This document shows positions 20,094-30,165 of a stretch of DNA of 64,000 nucleotides, piece by piece. The number at the start of each line of letters is the position of its first letter. Position 1 is the first letter of the stretch. Made by a program: the position numbers and the translations under genes. The DNA is from Epsilonproteobacteria bacterium UBA6211 (GTDB lineage: Bacteria; Campylobacterota; Campylobacteria; Campylobacterales; Arcobacteraceae): the NCBI GenBank assembly GCA_002421845.1, contig DISL01000037.1, positions 17,623 through 81,622 on the forward strand. Direction: 5' to 3'. Below the pieces are notes generated by a model, which was not told where the DNA came from, searched no databases, and worked only from the letters and a program-made list of their open reading frames with translations.

Positions 20094-21318
20094 TAGCAAC
20101 GGCTATTTTCATCTCTTTGTCATCGTTTTGCTCTACTTTTTCATCAAATACAAGCAATGCTTCGCTAACACCCTCTATAAACTCTTTTGTTATAGTGCAT
20201 TTAGTGAGGTTGTCAAGGCTTGGTAATTCATAGCTAAGCGGAAGCATGATTTGTTCTACTATACCTCTAAGCCCTCTTGCTCCCACGCCACGGTCTAGTG
20301 CCATTTGAGCTATAAGTTCTATGGCTTCATCTTCATATACAAGCTCACACCCGTCAAGTTCAAACAATGCTATATACTGGCTAAGTAGTGCATTTTTTGG
20401 TTCTTTTAGTATTCTTATCAAATCATCCAAAGTCAGCTCTTCAAGCTTTGCAATGACTGGAATCCTACCTACGAATTCAGGTATAAGTCCGTAATTTATC
20501 AAATCTTTTGGGGTTAGCGGTTTTTGTTTTTTCTCTTCGTCTTTGCTCAAAAATCCCATTTTGGAAGATTTTTCATCTTTTTTTTCTAGCCCTACAAAAG
20601 CCCCACCGCATATAAAAAGGACATGACTCGTATCAAAAAGTATATTGTCGCTTGTGGATGATTTTTTGCCCTTTTGCGGTACGTACATTTGTGTACCTTC
20701 TAGCATTTTAAGTAGTGCTTGTTGTACCCCTTCACCGCTTACATCTCTACCGCTACTTGCACTTCCCGCCATTTTGGCTATTTTGTCTATTTCATCGATA
20801 TAGACTATCCCTTTTTGAGCTTTTTCCACATCAAAATCACTAGCACTAAGGAGTCTTGATAGTATCGACTCCACATCTTCACCCACATATCCGGCTTCTG
20901 TTAGACTTGTGGCATCTGCTATTGCAAAGGGGACATTTAGTATTTTTGCCAAAGATTTAGCAAGGAGCGTCTTACCGCTTCCGCTTGGTCCGATAAGCAA
21001 GATATTACTTTTTTCAAGTTCTATTCCTCTAAAAGATGGTTTATCTATCCTTTTGTAGTGGTTATAAATAGCTACGCTTAAAGCTTTTTTGGCATCATCT
21101 TGACCTATTATATAGCTATCAAGATACTCTTTGATTTGCTTTGGTACGGATAGTCCAAGGCTAAATTCTTCTTTTTGCTTTTTTAGGTTTTGTTTTTCTA
21201 GTACACTATGACACATACTTACGCATTTATCACAAATACTCACTTCATCTACACTAAAAAGCTTATCTACCGCATTTATTGGACTACCGCAGAAATTGCA
21301 TTTTCTTTCATCATTCAT
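20086..21318 (-). CDS. clpX: ATP-dependent Clp protease ATPase subunit (nif-cluster copy)
   Basis: CNFCG..CDKC zinc finger, [34 protein letters not shown]. Confidence 0.95.
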   Translation of the reverse strand: MNDERKCNFCGSPINAVDKLFSVDEVSICDKCVSMCHSVLEKQNLKKQKEEFSLGLSVPKQIKEYLDSYIIGQDDAKKALSVAIYNHYKRIDKPSFRGIELEKSNILLIGPSGSGKTLLAKSLAKILNVPFAIADATSLTEAGYVGEDVESILSRLLSASDFDVEKAQKGIVYIDEIDKIAKMAGSASSGRDVSGEGVQQALLKMLEGTQMYVPQKGKKSSTSDNILFDTSHVLFICGGAFVGLEKKDEKSSKMGFLSKDEEKKQKPLTPKDLINYGLIPEFVGRIPVIAKLEELTLDDLIRILKEPKNALLSQYIALFELDGCELVYEDEAIELIAQMALDRGVGARGLRGIVEQIMLPLSYELPSLDNLTKCTITKEFIEGVSEALLVFDEKVEQNDDKEMKIAVATV

Positions 21319-22106
21319 GGTAACTCTTTTATGTGAGTAAGTTTTTGATTTTCAAAAAACTTTTGCTCTTTTTTGGATAATTCATCTTTTGTATAGACTA
21401 CATATCCACCGTTTCCTCCCAGTATTATCTCATTTGCAACCATTCTAAAAGTATCTTTGTTGAAATCTACACCGACAAATAGATAGCTTTTGTTTTTTCT
21501 ATACTCTTTGAGATAAGGAGGAATAGCATATCCGCCCATCGCTTCAGTCAGCCAATCCACAAAATCGGCATCACTTACTATAAGAGATTTTTTCGGAGTA
21601 AGAGAACCCATAGGTTTGAAAAGTATAGGTTTACTAATATCTAAGCTATCTTTTGTAGTTGATTTGTACGATGTACCGTCGTATTCATACACTTCAAATC
21701 TATCATCATATCCTATAACTCTACTTGTTCCTAGTACCAAAAAATGTGGAGTGTCGGCATAAGCTTTTTGCAGACTATCATCTATATTTGTATCTATGAC
21801 GTATTTTGGTTTGATTTGAGATACTAAATCATATATTTGCGGGGTAGGGTAAGGGTTTTTGTAGATATTTTCTATCAAGTTTTCAAGATAAGCTCTCCCT
21901 TTTTTTTGCTCTATATTCATACAAGCACGGCTATATTCGTACATTAGTCTTTGTGGCATAGGCTTTCCATCGTTTATGCTAAGAATAAACGAGTCACTAT
22001 CATAAGGAAGAGGTTGGTTTTGGGAGTTGTTAAGTCCTTTAAATACGCCAATTCCTATAAAAAGTACAATTTCATCCGATTTTATTTTTTCTACTAAGTT
22101 TTCCAT
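21315..22106 (-). CDS. nif-associated SIR2-like domain protein
   Basis: IDTNIDD, FKPMGS, VSDADFVDWLTE; start revised to ATG 22106. Confidence 0.8.
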   Translation of the reverse strand: MENLVEKIKSDEIVLFIGIGVFKGLNNSQNQPLPYDSDSFILSINDGKPMPQRLMYEYSRACMNIEQKKGRAYLENLIENIYKNPYPTPQIYDLVSQIKPKYVIDTNIDDSLQKAYADTPHFLVLGTSRVIGYDDRFEVYEYDGTSYKSTTKDSLDISKPILFKPMGSLTPKKSLIVSDADFVDWLTEAMGGYAIPPYLKEYRKNKSYLFVGVDFNKDTFRMVANEIILGGNGGYVVYTKDELSKKEQKFFENQKLTHIKELP

Positions 22107-22236
22107 TGTACAACCTTTTATTTTGTAACAATTTGATATACACAAAGTGTTCCTTTAAAATAATAAGATGTTTAATAATTATTTTATATATAATGTGATA
22201 GAATCACTACAATTTAATTACAAAGGTCATTTATAA

Positions 22237-24099
22237 ATGAATCAACAAAACTTTCGTAAAATGTTTACCGTATATTTTATCATATTCGGTATAGTTATAA
22301 CTTTCTTTGCTACATTTGTAAGTTATGAAATACAGATGATGAATACATCAGATACAATCAAAAAACAAGCTGAAGAGATATTGTTTATCAAAACAAATAA
22401 TATATTAAAACCTACGATAACACAAATGGAAGAGGTTGTTGATTCACTTACTTATAATAAAAATTTACAAAAATACATCATTACACAAGATGAAAATATA
22501 AGACAAAATTTAGAGGATACTTTTTTAGCAATTACGGCAACAAACAACCAAATTATGCAATTACGGTATATTGATGCTAACGGTATGGAAATAATAAGAG
22601 TCGATAGGCAAAATGAAAGTAGTTCTCCTTTTGTCGTAGCACGAGAAAAACTACAAGATAAAAGCTCACGAGATTATTTTCAAATAGTTTCAAAAATGAC
22701 AAAATCCGAGCTTTGGCGTTCTCAGATTGATTTGAATATAGAAAACGGAAAGATAGAGGTTCCTTATCGTCCAACTTTCCGTATAGCAAAACCTATTTTT
22801 AGTAATCAAAACTTTGAAGGGATGGTAATAGTCAATCTTTTGACAAATAACCTTATTAAAGGTATCCAGACATCTACCGTATTTAAACATTACATCGTAG
22901 ATAAAGACGGATTTTATATTATTCACCCGAATAATGATTTTTCTTGGAATAAATATACGGGAATTAATAGAAATCTAACCGAAGATTTTCCAAATGATGC
23001 ATCTGCAATACTATCAGGTGAGTCAATAGGTGAGGAGTTTTTTGCTTATTCTTTGGATTCTATCCTTGCCAATGACGACGACGCAAGATTGGTTTTGAAA
23101 CCAAAAAGAGAGTATAAACAAGCTTTGATAGATGAAAAAATTAAGTCTTCGTTTATTGTTGTAATTTTGAGTATAATACTTAGTATTTTGATGGCATTAT
23201 ATGCTTCATCTGTACCTTCAAGGCTACAAAAAGCTCTACTGGTAGCTAATAATGAACTAAAAAGATTTGCAAAAATTATAGATAAATACGTCATAACGGC
23301 TACAACAAAAAAGAATACTACAATTACCCATGTGAGCAGTGCTTTTTCAAAATCTAGCGGTTATACAAAAGATGAACTCATAGGTAAAAAAATAAATATG
23401 GTTCGTCATCCTGATACCGATAAAAAAGTTTTTGCAGAGATTTGGCATAGTATCGAGAACGGTCAAGAATGGTGCGGAGAAATCAAAAATAAAAGAAAAG
23501 ACGGTGATGAATATTGGCTTGAACAAAATATTATACCTATCAAAGATGAAAAAGAAGATATAGTCTCTTTTATGTCTATAGGTGTAGATATTACCGCAAA
23601 AAAACAGCTAGAAAAACTTTCATCTACGGATATGTTAACCGGCATATTTAATAGACGAAAAATAGAAGAGTTATTAAATATTGAGATTTTACGTTCAAGA
23701 AGACATCAAAGAAATCTATCTGTTATTATGCTTGATATTGACCATTTTAAACACACAAACGATACTTTCGGTCATCATGCGGGAGATGTAGTACTTCAAC
23801 AAACAGCTGAAGTTATCAAAAAAGCATTAAGACAAAGTGATATGTTTGGACGATACGGTGGGGAAGAGTTTTTGATAATATGTCCTGAAACAAATCAAGA
23901 TGAAGCTATGATAGTCGCCGAGAAAGTTAGAAGTGCAGTAGATAACTTTAAATTTAAAATAGTAGAACACAAAACAATAAGTCTTGGTATAGCTGAATTT
24001 AGCGATGAAGATAGTCTGGATGAACTTGTCAAAAAAGCTGATACGGCATTGTATCTCTCAAAGGCAGAAGGTAGAAATAAAGTAACTTTATATAAATAA
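22237..24099 (+). CDS. Diguanylate cyclase (TM-Cache-TM-PAS-GGDEF)
   Basis: RYGGEEF, DIDHFK, PAS motif RHPD..W..GE. Confidence 0.93.
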   Translation: MNQQNFRKMFTVYFIIFGIVITFFATFVSYEIQMMNTSDTIKKQAEEILFIKTNNILKPTITQMEEVVDSLTYNKNLQKYIITQDENIRQNLEDTFLAITATNNQIMQLRYIDANGMEIIRVDRQNESSSPFVVAREKLQDKSSRDYFQIVSKMTKSELWRSQIDLNIENGKIEVPYRPTFRIAKPIFSNQNFEGMVIVNLLTNNLIKGIQTSTVFKHYIVDKDGFYIIHPNNDFSWNKYTGINRNLTEDFPNDASAILSGESIGEEFFAYSLDSILANDDDARLVLKPKREYKQALIDEKIKSSFIVVILSIILSILMALYASSVPSRLQKALLVANNELKRFAKIIDKYVITATTKKNTTITHVSSAFSKSSGYTKDELIGKKINMVRHPDTDKKVFAEIWHSIENGQEWCGEIKNKRKDGDEYWLEQNIIPIKDEKEDIVSFMSIGVDITAKKQLEKLSSTDMLTGIFNRRKIEELLNIEILRSRRHQRNLSVIMLDIDHFKHTNDTFGHHAGDVVLQQTAEVIKKALRQSDMFGRYGGEEFLIICPETNQDEAMIVAEKVRSAVDNFKFKIVEHKTISLGIAEFSDEDSLDELVKKADTALYLSKAEGRNKVTLYK

Positions 24100-24114
24100 G
24101 GTGATAAGGGTGTT

Positions 24115-24159
24115 TTAGTGACACCCTTTGCCGGTATAAGAGCCAAAAGCACGGTTTAG
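24115..24159 (+). repeat. 45-bp direct repeat, copy 1 (att-like; duplicate of the 3' end of gene 27130-27645)
   Basis: TTAGTGACACCCTTTGCCGGTATAAGAGCCAAAAGCACGGTTTAG identical to 27130-27174. Confidence 0.95.
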
Positions 24160-24213
24160 TATTAATAACAAAGCTTCACAGCTTAAGCAATAGGTATTAA
24201 TATTTACTCTTTA

Positions 24214-24229
24214 AGACATAAAGTTGTCA
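24214..24229 (+). promoter_or_regulatory. Candidate WYL-regulator box
   Basis: AGACATAAAGTTGTCA; near-identical copy at 25345-25360. Confidence 0.6.
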
Positions 24230-24274
24230 CAACAATATTATAAACTTCTTCTATAAACTTTAGGAGAAATAATA

Positions 24275-24439
24275 ATGACAAAAATCCCAATTAATAGAAC
24301 AACTACAATAAATGACGATAAATTTATACAAAAACTGCAGTTAGATTATAATTTTACTATCAGAGAATTTGAATATATCGATAAAACTTCACTAAATGAA
24401 ACACCTTATAAAACGGAAATTATAACTGTTCTTAAGTAA
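24275..24439 (+). CDS. 54-aa small ORF
   Basis: AGGAG RBS; MTKIPINRTTTIND..; downstream of the candidate WYL box. Confidence 0.5.
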   Translation: MTKIPINRTTTINDDKFIQKLQLDYNFTIREFEYIDKTSLNETPYKTEIITVLK

Positions 24440-24499
24440 GGCATTACTATGAAATTAGAAAATTTTAGGTATGATAAAAAATATTTTTAAAGGTTAGTT

Positions 24500-25336
24500 A
24501 TGGAAAATATAAAAGAAATTATAAATATTGATTGGGAAGGGCCTTTTAGTATTGATGAGATTTTAAAAGGCACTATTGATAATCAAAAATTTAATGTAAA
24601 AAGTAGTGATATAGGCTTATATCAAATTTACGGTTCCCATCCTTTATACGGGAGTGATGTTTTGGTATATATAGGGAGAACACAAAATAAAAACGGCTTT
24701 CAATCAAGACTAAAAGATAGGTGGGTTATCAACAATGGAAATGACTCTAATAATGTAAAGATTTATTTAGGTACGATTTTTAGTGATTCTAAGAAATATA
24801 CTAATGCAGAAATCAATGTCTTTATTGAGAAAGCTGAAGTTTTAATGATAAATGCTTTAAAACCTGCATTCAATTCTTCAAATATTCAGAGTGCAAAAGA
24901 TTTTGACAAAAAAGATTACATAGTTTATAACCATGGAAGCTATAGAAGCTTGTATCCAGTTTTTGATAGTGAATATTTTTGGAAAGAGTTTAAGAATTTT
25001 GCAACCGTTGATAGGATAGCAAAAGAGTATAATAATGTAAAAGTGGATAATGAAGATGAATATTATGGTTTTATAATAGAGGAGTTTGATAATTACACAA
25101 TTTGGTTTGGAATTGATTATAAAATATGGGACTCAAAGGAACATGGCTTTCCTCTGTGTTTACAAGTATATTCAAATACTAATGATGAGGTTGAAGCAGT
25201 AAATAATTTAAAAGACTTTACAAAGTTTTGTGAATACGAGGATAGTAGCTCTGTTTCTTACTTACCTTTTGGAATAGATATTACAAGACATCAAATTGAA
25301 ATAAAAATTCAAGAAATAAAAAAATTTTTGGAATAA
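24500..25336 (+). CDS. GIY-YIG-like nuclease domain protein
   Basis: GLYQIYG..VYIGRT..SRL..AE..MI..KPAFN. Confidence 0.65.
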   Translation: MENIKEIINIDWEGPFSIDEILKGTIDNQKFNVKSSDIGLYQIYGSHPLYGSDVLVYIGRTQNKNGFQSRLKDRWVINNGNDSNNVKIYLGTIFSDSKKYTNAEINVFIEKAEVLMINALKPAFNSSNIQSAKDFDKKDYIVYNHGSYRSLYPVFDSEYFWKEFKNFATVDRIAKEYNNVKVDNEDEYYGFIIEEFDNYTIWFGIDYKIWDSKEHGFPLCLQVYSNTNDEVEAVNNLKDFTKFCEYEDSSSVSYLPFGIDITRHQIEIKIQEIKKFLE

Positions 25337-25344
25337 ATCAAAAC

Positions 25345-25360
25345 AGACATAAAGCTGTCA
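25345..25360 (+). promoter_or_regulatory. Candidate WYL-regulator box, copy 2
   Basis: AGACATAAAGCTGTCA, upstream of TGTAAAAT -10-like element. Confidence 0.6.
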
Positions 25361-25407
25361 TTTCAATGGTGTAAAATTGTATTATAAAATTAATACAAGG
25401 AAGTAAA

Positions 25408-25776
25408 ATGAAAAAGACACTATCACTAAGTTTATTATTGACAAGTTTGTTATTTGGAGACAAAGTATATACTTGTAAGGTAACTCATATGAACGAAATG
25501 GTTCCATTGACCGAAAGGCAAATAGTGAGTATGGGAGAAGTGGCTACTTTAAATTTATCTTATGATAAAATAAATGTTCAAGCATCCATTGGAAATCAAG
25601 AAAAAGATTTAAAATATTTTGATACGGATTCTTTTGGATATGACCTTTATATTAATGATGAACGGACAGATGTCATTGGAATTAGTTCTCCACAAGGAGG
25701 GAAAGAAATGCCAGGCATTTTTTTGCAAAACTGGACTCCAAATGGTAATATTAGACTTTGGTATAGGTGTAAATAA
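25408..25776 (+). CDS. Secreted hypothetical protein
   Basis: Signal peptide MKKTLSLSLLLTSLLFG; two Cys. Confidence 0.75.
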   Translation: MKKTLSLSLLLTSLLFGDKVYTCKVTHMNEMVPLTERQIVSMGEVATLNLSYDKINVQASIGNQEKDLKYFDTDSFGYDLYINDERTDVIGISSPQGGKEMPGIFLQNWTPNGNIRLWYRCK

Positions 25777-25828
25777 AGCCGAAATATCTTAACATAGATA
25801 TTAAAAATTTTAAAACAAAAGATATAAA

Positions 25829-26749
25829 ATGGCATACAAACAAGACTACGATAAGATTCTTACTAGACTTACAACTATTTTAAGAAGATTAAATGAAGGA
25901 GAAGCTCTTGGTACTCAAGATTTAGCAAGTGAGTTTAATGTATCAACACGAACCATACAAAGAGATTTTAATGAACGCTTGATTTCTTTTCCTATTTTGC
26001 AAGAAAATAAAAAGTGGAAAATGCAAGATGGTTTTAAACTTGAAAAATCAACTTCAATTGAAGAAACTATTATATTAGAAATCATTGAAAAGATGAGTGA
26101 AAATATTGGTGGTCAATTTTTCTCAAAAACCAAAAAACTTTTACAAAAAATCAAAAATGATGATTATAATCCTTTTTATACAAAATTGAATTTAGAAGAT
26201 ATAAGTGATCAACTCATAGATGTACAAATTCTAGGAACTGCCATCAAATCAAAAAATAGTATTATTTGCCAATATAAAGTTGATAAGCCCATAGAAGTAA
26301 ATATAAACCCTCTTAAAATAGTCAATTATGAAGGGTTTTGGTATCTTGTAGCCGTTGATGTAAGAAATGATATATTGAAAAAATATTATCTCAAAAATAT
26401 ATCTTGTGTAAAAATTACCGATGAAACTTTTGAAGTTAGAGAGGAGTTAGAAAATTTACTAGAAAACTCTATTTCTATTTGGTTTCAAGAAGATATAGAA
26501 CCTTTTGATGTTAGGCTTTACATTGAGAGCAAAATCGCAAAATATTTTCAAAGAAAACCTATATCAAAAACACAAATTATAGAAAAACAATACCCTGATG
26601 GTAGCATTGAAATAAAAGTAACTATTACTCATGAAATGGAGATTTTACCAATAGTCAAATATTGGCTTCCAAATATTAAAATTATTGAGCCACAATGGGT
26701 CAGTGATATTTTAGATGAACAAATCAGTTTATATTATAAGAAAGGGTAA
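25829..26749 (+). CDS. WYL-domain transcriptional regulator (HTH-WYL-WCX)
   Basis: LASEFNVSTRTIQRDF HTH; PLKIVNYEGFWYLVA. Confidence 0.93.
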   Translation: MAYKQDYDKILTRLTTILRRLNEGEALGTQDLASEFNVSTRTIQRDFNERLISFPILQENKKWKMQDGFKLEKSTSIEETIILEIIEKMSENIGGQFFSKTKKLLQKIKNDDYNPFYTKLNLEDISDQLIDVQILGTAIKSKNSIICQYKVDKPIEVNINPLKIVNYEGFWYLVAVDVRNDILKKYYLKNISCVKITDETFEVREELENLLENSISIWFQEDIEPFDVRLYIESKIAKYFQRKPISKTQIIEKQYPDGSIEIKVTITHEMEILPIVKYWLPNIKIIEPQWVSDILDEQISLYYKKG

Positions 26750-26751
26750 AA

Positions 26752-27123
26752 ATGAACTTAAAAAGGATGCAAGAACTCTTAAATAAAAGTGCTAATACTA
26801 ACCAATCTACAATATCACAAGATAATGATACTCTTCAAGATATTATGAAGTATGAAGGTTACTCAAGAGGATTTTCAGGTTCATTAAATCAGATAAAAAA
26901 ATTTTTAAAAGGTTGTTCTACAGAGTTAAAAAAAGCAAAAGGTCTTTATCTTCAATTTATTTGCAGTGAAAGCATCACTGCTTCTACTCTAGGTACAATT
27001 ATGGAAGATATAAACTACTGTCTTACTAACAATACGACTATTATTATGGAAACTTCAATCAATGAGAATATATGCTCTGGCGAATATCAAATCTTATTAA
27101 CTGGATTGGAGAAGGAAAGGTAA
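26752..27123 (+). CDS. Stand-alone FtsZ C-terminal-domain-like protein
   Basis: DIMKYEG..G..LKKAKGLYLQF..IIMETSINE..ILLTGL resembles the FtsZ_C pattern. Confidence 0.55.
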   Translation: MNLKRMQELLNKSANTNQSTISQDNDTLQDIMKYEGYSRGFSGSLNQIKKFLKGCSTELKKAKGLYLQFICSESITASTLGTIMEDINYCLTNNTTIIMETSINENICSGEYQILLTGLEKER

Positions 27124-27129
27124 TCCTAC

Positions 27130-27645
27130 TTAGTGACACCCTTTGCCGGTATAAGAGCCAAAAGCACGGTTTAGCTCTATGGAAAGTCTTTCCAAATCGA
27201 ACTCATCTGATAGGTTTTGCAATGTACTTTCATAGTAAATAGCACCGTCTTTGCCTATTATAAACAAAGCTTTGCATAGTTGGTTTTCCAACGTTCCTGA
27301 AGTTATGAGTGTACCGTACATAGTTCCAAACTCTTTGTATTTATCACAAACAGGTATAAGCTTGGATAGTGTCATATCAAATACTTTTTCTTCAGACATC
27401 ACCAAAAAGCAATCAATCTCAACAACGATATTTTGTAGATAAGTATCCAACTTTTTGATTTGTATTTCTACACCTTCAACATACGGCATACTTACTATCA
27501 AAACGACTTTTTTGGTATTGTTATATCCACCTATCGTAATATTTTCATTTGTTTTGGATAGTACTTTTACTTTCTCGCTTTTGTATCCAACTTCTACAAA
27601 TTCATCTATAAGCTCTAATGCCTCATCGTTGTATTTTACTCTCAT
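27130..27645 (-). CDS. Tpx-like redoxin-fold protein lacking the peroxidatic motif
   Basis: FGTMYGTLITSG.L..KALFIIGKDGAIYY resembles Tpx; PSxDTxxC absent. Confidence 0.7.
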   Translation of the reverse strand: MRVKYNDEALELIDEFVEVGYKSEKVKVLSKTNENITIGGYNNTKKVVLIVSMPYVEGVEIQIKKLDTYLQNIVVEIDCFLVMSEEKVFDMTLSKLIPVCDKYKEFGTMYGTLITSGTLENQLCKALFIIGKDGAIYYESTLQNLSDEFDLERLSIELNRAFGSYTGKGCH

Positions 27646-27646
27646 T

Positions 27647-29005
27647 TTAGTCTCTTTTCAGTGCAGGTAGAAGCAAAGACATCTCATCGTCCGTTATTCC
27701 TTCCGGTGTACCCATCAGCACTATTCTTTCTATGGTATTTTGAAGCTCTCTTATATTCCCAGGCCACGGATAAGCACACAAAGCATCCATAGCCTGAGGA
27801 GTAATGATAACCTCTCTTTTATGGTTTTTGATAGCAGTTTCTAGGAAAAAATTTACCAGAAGTTTTATATCATCGCCCCTTGCACGAAGAGGTGGAAGAT
27901 TTATAGGGATTACGTTTAGTCTGTAGTATAAATCTTCTCTGAATTTTCCCTCTTCTACCATTTTTTCTAGGTTTCTGTTGGTTGCAGCGACTAATCTTAC
28001 GTTTACTTTTATAGTTTTGCTTCCTCCGACTCGCTCAAACTCACGCTCTTGCAATACCCTCAAAAGCTTTACTTGTAGATTTGGGCTTATATCACCTATC
28101 TCATCAAGGAAAAGAGTCCCTTTATCGGCTAGTTCAAATCTCCCTTTTCTCATCTCTTTTGCATCGGTAAAAGCACCTTTTTCATGCCCAAAAAGCTCAC
28201 TTTCAAGTAGTGTTTCCGTTATAGCAGCACAGTTAATTTTGACAAAAGGCTCGTTTGCCCTTTGGCTTCTTTTGTGTATAGCAGCTGCTATTAGCTCTTT
28301 TCCGGTACCTGTTTCACCTCTTACCAAAACAGTTACGTTAGTAGATGCTATCCTCTCTATCACTTTGTAAACATCTTGCATTTTAGGGCTTTCACCTACT
28401 ATATCACCGAAGTTATGAACTTTTGCATCCCACTCCATTTTGTAGTATAGTTTGAGGTCTTTTAGTTTTTCTCGTTCACTCTCTATAGTTTTGTATGAGT
28501 TGATAGCTTGAGCGAAAAGTGAACTTATGATAGTCAGTATTCTTATGGTATCGTCAAATCCTATTTTGGTGCTTTTTACCAAACTCACACCCAAAACACC
28601 AACGACTCTTTCATTGATAAGCATAGGTACCGCTATATAAGATACCGTATTTGAGTCTTTGCTACCGCTTTTATTTAGAAATACCAAATCCGTGTGTACG
28701 TTTGTGACCACTACAGGCTCTTTTGTTTTTGCAGCAAGTCCCGTAGCCCCTTCACCTATTTTATATCTTGCTAGATTTTCTTGCATTTTGTTGAAATCTA
28801 TGGAGCTAAAAACCTCTAGTATATTATCTTCCAAAGCATAAATAACACATTTTTGAAGATCTAGCCTATCTTTTAGTACCTTTAACGCTTTTTTCAAAGA
28901 GTTTTCCAAATCAATATTATTTGATACCAAAAGTGCTATTTCGTATAATGTTGCCAACTCTTCTTTGATAAGGCATTCGTTTTCACAGTTTTCTATAAAG
29001 TCCAA
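27647..29005 (-). CDS. nifA: Nif-specific sigma54 activator (GAF-AAA+), no C-terminal HTH
   Basis: [32 protein letters not shown]; ends about 30 aa after this motif. Confidence 0.88.
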   Translation of the reverse strand: MDFIENCENECLIKEELATLYEIALLVSNNIDLENSLKKALKVLKDRLDLQKCVIYALEDNILEVFSSIDFNKMQENLARYKIGEGATGLAAKTKEPVVVTNVHTDLVFLNKSGSKDSNTVSYIAVPMLINERVVGVLGVSLVKSTKIGFDDTIRILTIISSLFAQAINSYKTIESEREKLKDLKLYYKMEWDAKVHNFGDIVGESPKMQDVYKVIERIASTNVTVLVRGETGTGKELIAAAIHKRSQRANEPFVKINCAAITETLLESELFGHEKGAFTDAKEMRKGRFELADKGTLFLDEIGDISPNLQVKLLRVLQEREFERVGGSKTIKVNVRLVAATNRNLEKMVEEGKFREDLYYRLNVIPINLPPLRARGDDIKLLVNFFLETAIKNHKREVIITPQAMDALCAYPWPGNIRELQNTIERIVLMGTPEGITDDEMSLLLPALKRD

Positions 29006-29084
29006 TTTAAGTCCCTCTTATAATTCTTATAATAAAATCTTACTATTTTTTAGACAGTTTAAGTCTTGATGTATTGTATATTTT

Positions 29085-29453
29085 TTATACACTTCTTGCT
29101 AAGACGGCTTTAAGCCAAAGTGGCGGATTGTTATTTATAAGTCTTGATAAAGTAGCTAGAAAATCGCTTATTAGCTCGTTTTCATTTGTACTTTTAAGTG
29201 GATAAATATTCGCTGTTTTTACCATAGTAGATGCTTTTGGTCCTATTTGGGCTACACATACTATATTTGCTTCTTGAATAGACTCTATTTTATAGGTGAG
29301 TTTATCGAGTTCATCTTGGATTTCATCTTTGCTTTCTATGATTTTGACAAACTTAAACTCACTGCCGTCAAGCTCGTATAAATAAAACTCCTTACACCAT
29401 CCAAAATGCTCATTTATATGTACCCCATCCGTACTTGCAAATGCTATTTTCAT
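29085..29453 (-). CDS. NifX/NifY/NifB-family FeMo-co binding protein
   Basis: KIAFASTDG..INEHFG, IGPKA, PPLWL. Confidence 0.9.
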   Translation of the reverse strand: MKIAFASTDGVHINEHFGWCKEFYLYELDGSEFKFVKIIESKDEIQDELDKLTYKIESIQEANIVCVAQIGPKASTMVKTANIYPLKSTNENELISDFLATLSRLINNNPPLWLKAVLARSV

Positions 29454-30073
29454 AACGTATATACCTCTATATTTTTGTCTATTACTTCAAAAAGCGTATT
29501 GACTATCATCTGATATGTACCTGTAGATGCCAAAGTACATCCGGAACAATTACCCGTGTAGATAAGTTTTAGTTCTATTACCTCTTTGTCTATAAACTCT
29601 ATGAGTTCTATTCCTCCGCCGTCTTTGTGTAAAATAGGTCTTATAAAACGATTTAATACATCTTCTATTATGTAGAGTTTGGCATCATAGTCTTTGGCTC
29701 GGAAGTCTTTATTTATAGGGTTTGATTCATTTGCGAAAGAATCTCCGCCCATCATATTGTGTGCCATAGGGTGTCCGCTTTTTTTGGCTTGTTTCATAAA
29801 AGTAAATGCCTCTTTTAGCTTTTCCTTGTCGCTTCTATCCCCAAGCAACGTCAAAGCATATCTAAAAGACGCATTGCCGTGACCCAAAAGGGCAGCTTGT
29901 TTGAAATAATAAAGTGACTTTTCATTGTCTTGAAGCTTTTGGTTTTGGTATATTAACCCTAGGTTATAAAGTCCTATCGGGTTTGAAAGGTTTTCTTCAC
30001 TCTCCCAAATCCCAAGAGCTTTTTGTAAATCTCCGTTTTTAAACGCATTTAACGCTTCTTGATGGCTACTCAT
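29450..30073 (-). CDS. Sel1-repeat plus NifU C-terminal (Nfu) domain protein
   Basis: YNLGLIY..YFKQAA..GH; IRPILHKDGGGIEL..GNCSGC. Confidence 0.85.
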   Translation of the reverse strand: MSSHQEALNAFKNGDLQKALGIWESEENLSNPIGLYNLGLIYQNQKLQDNEKSLYYFKQAALLGHGNASFRYALTLLGDRSDKEKLKEAFTFMKQAKKSGHPMAHNMMGGDSFANESNPINKDFRAKDYDAKLYIIEDVLNRFIRPILHKDGGGIELIEFIDKEVIELKLIYTGNCSGCTLASTGTYQMIVNTLFEVIDKNIEVYTL

Positions 30074-30089
30074 TTTTTATCCTTTCTTA

Positions 30090-30165
30090 TTCGTAAGTAG
30101 TGAGTCGTTAGACGTTATTTGAAAGAAAAATACAACTCACGATTTACGATTTACGACTCACGATT
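30090..30165. repeat. Inverted heptamer arrays overlapping the nifQ stop
   Basis: tcgtaag tagtgag tcgttag .. ctcacga tttacga tttacga ctcacga. Confidence 0.75.

Larger units (their letters stand above)
24115..27174. mobile_element. Integrase-less islet inserted at a gene 3' end
   Basis: Perfect 45-bp terminal direct repeats; AT-rich accessory cargo. Confidence 0.75.
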
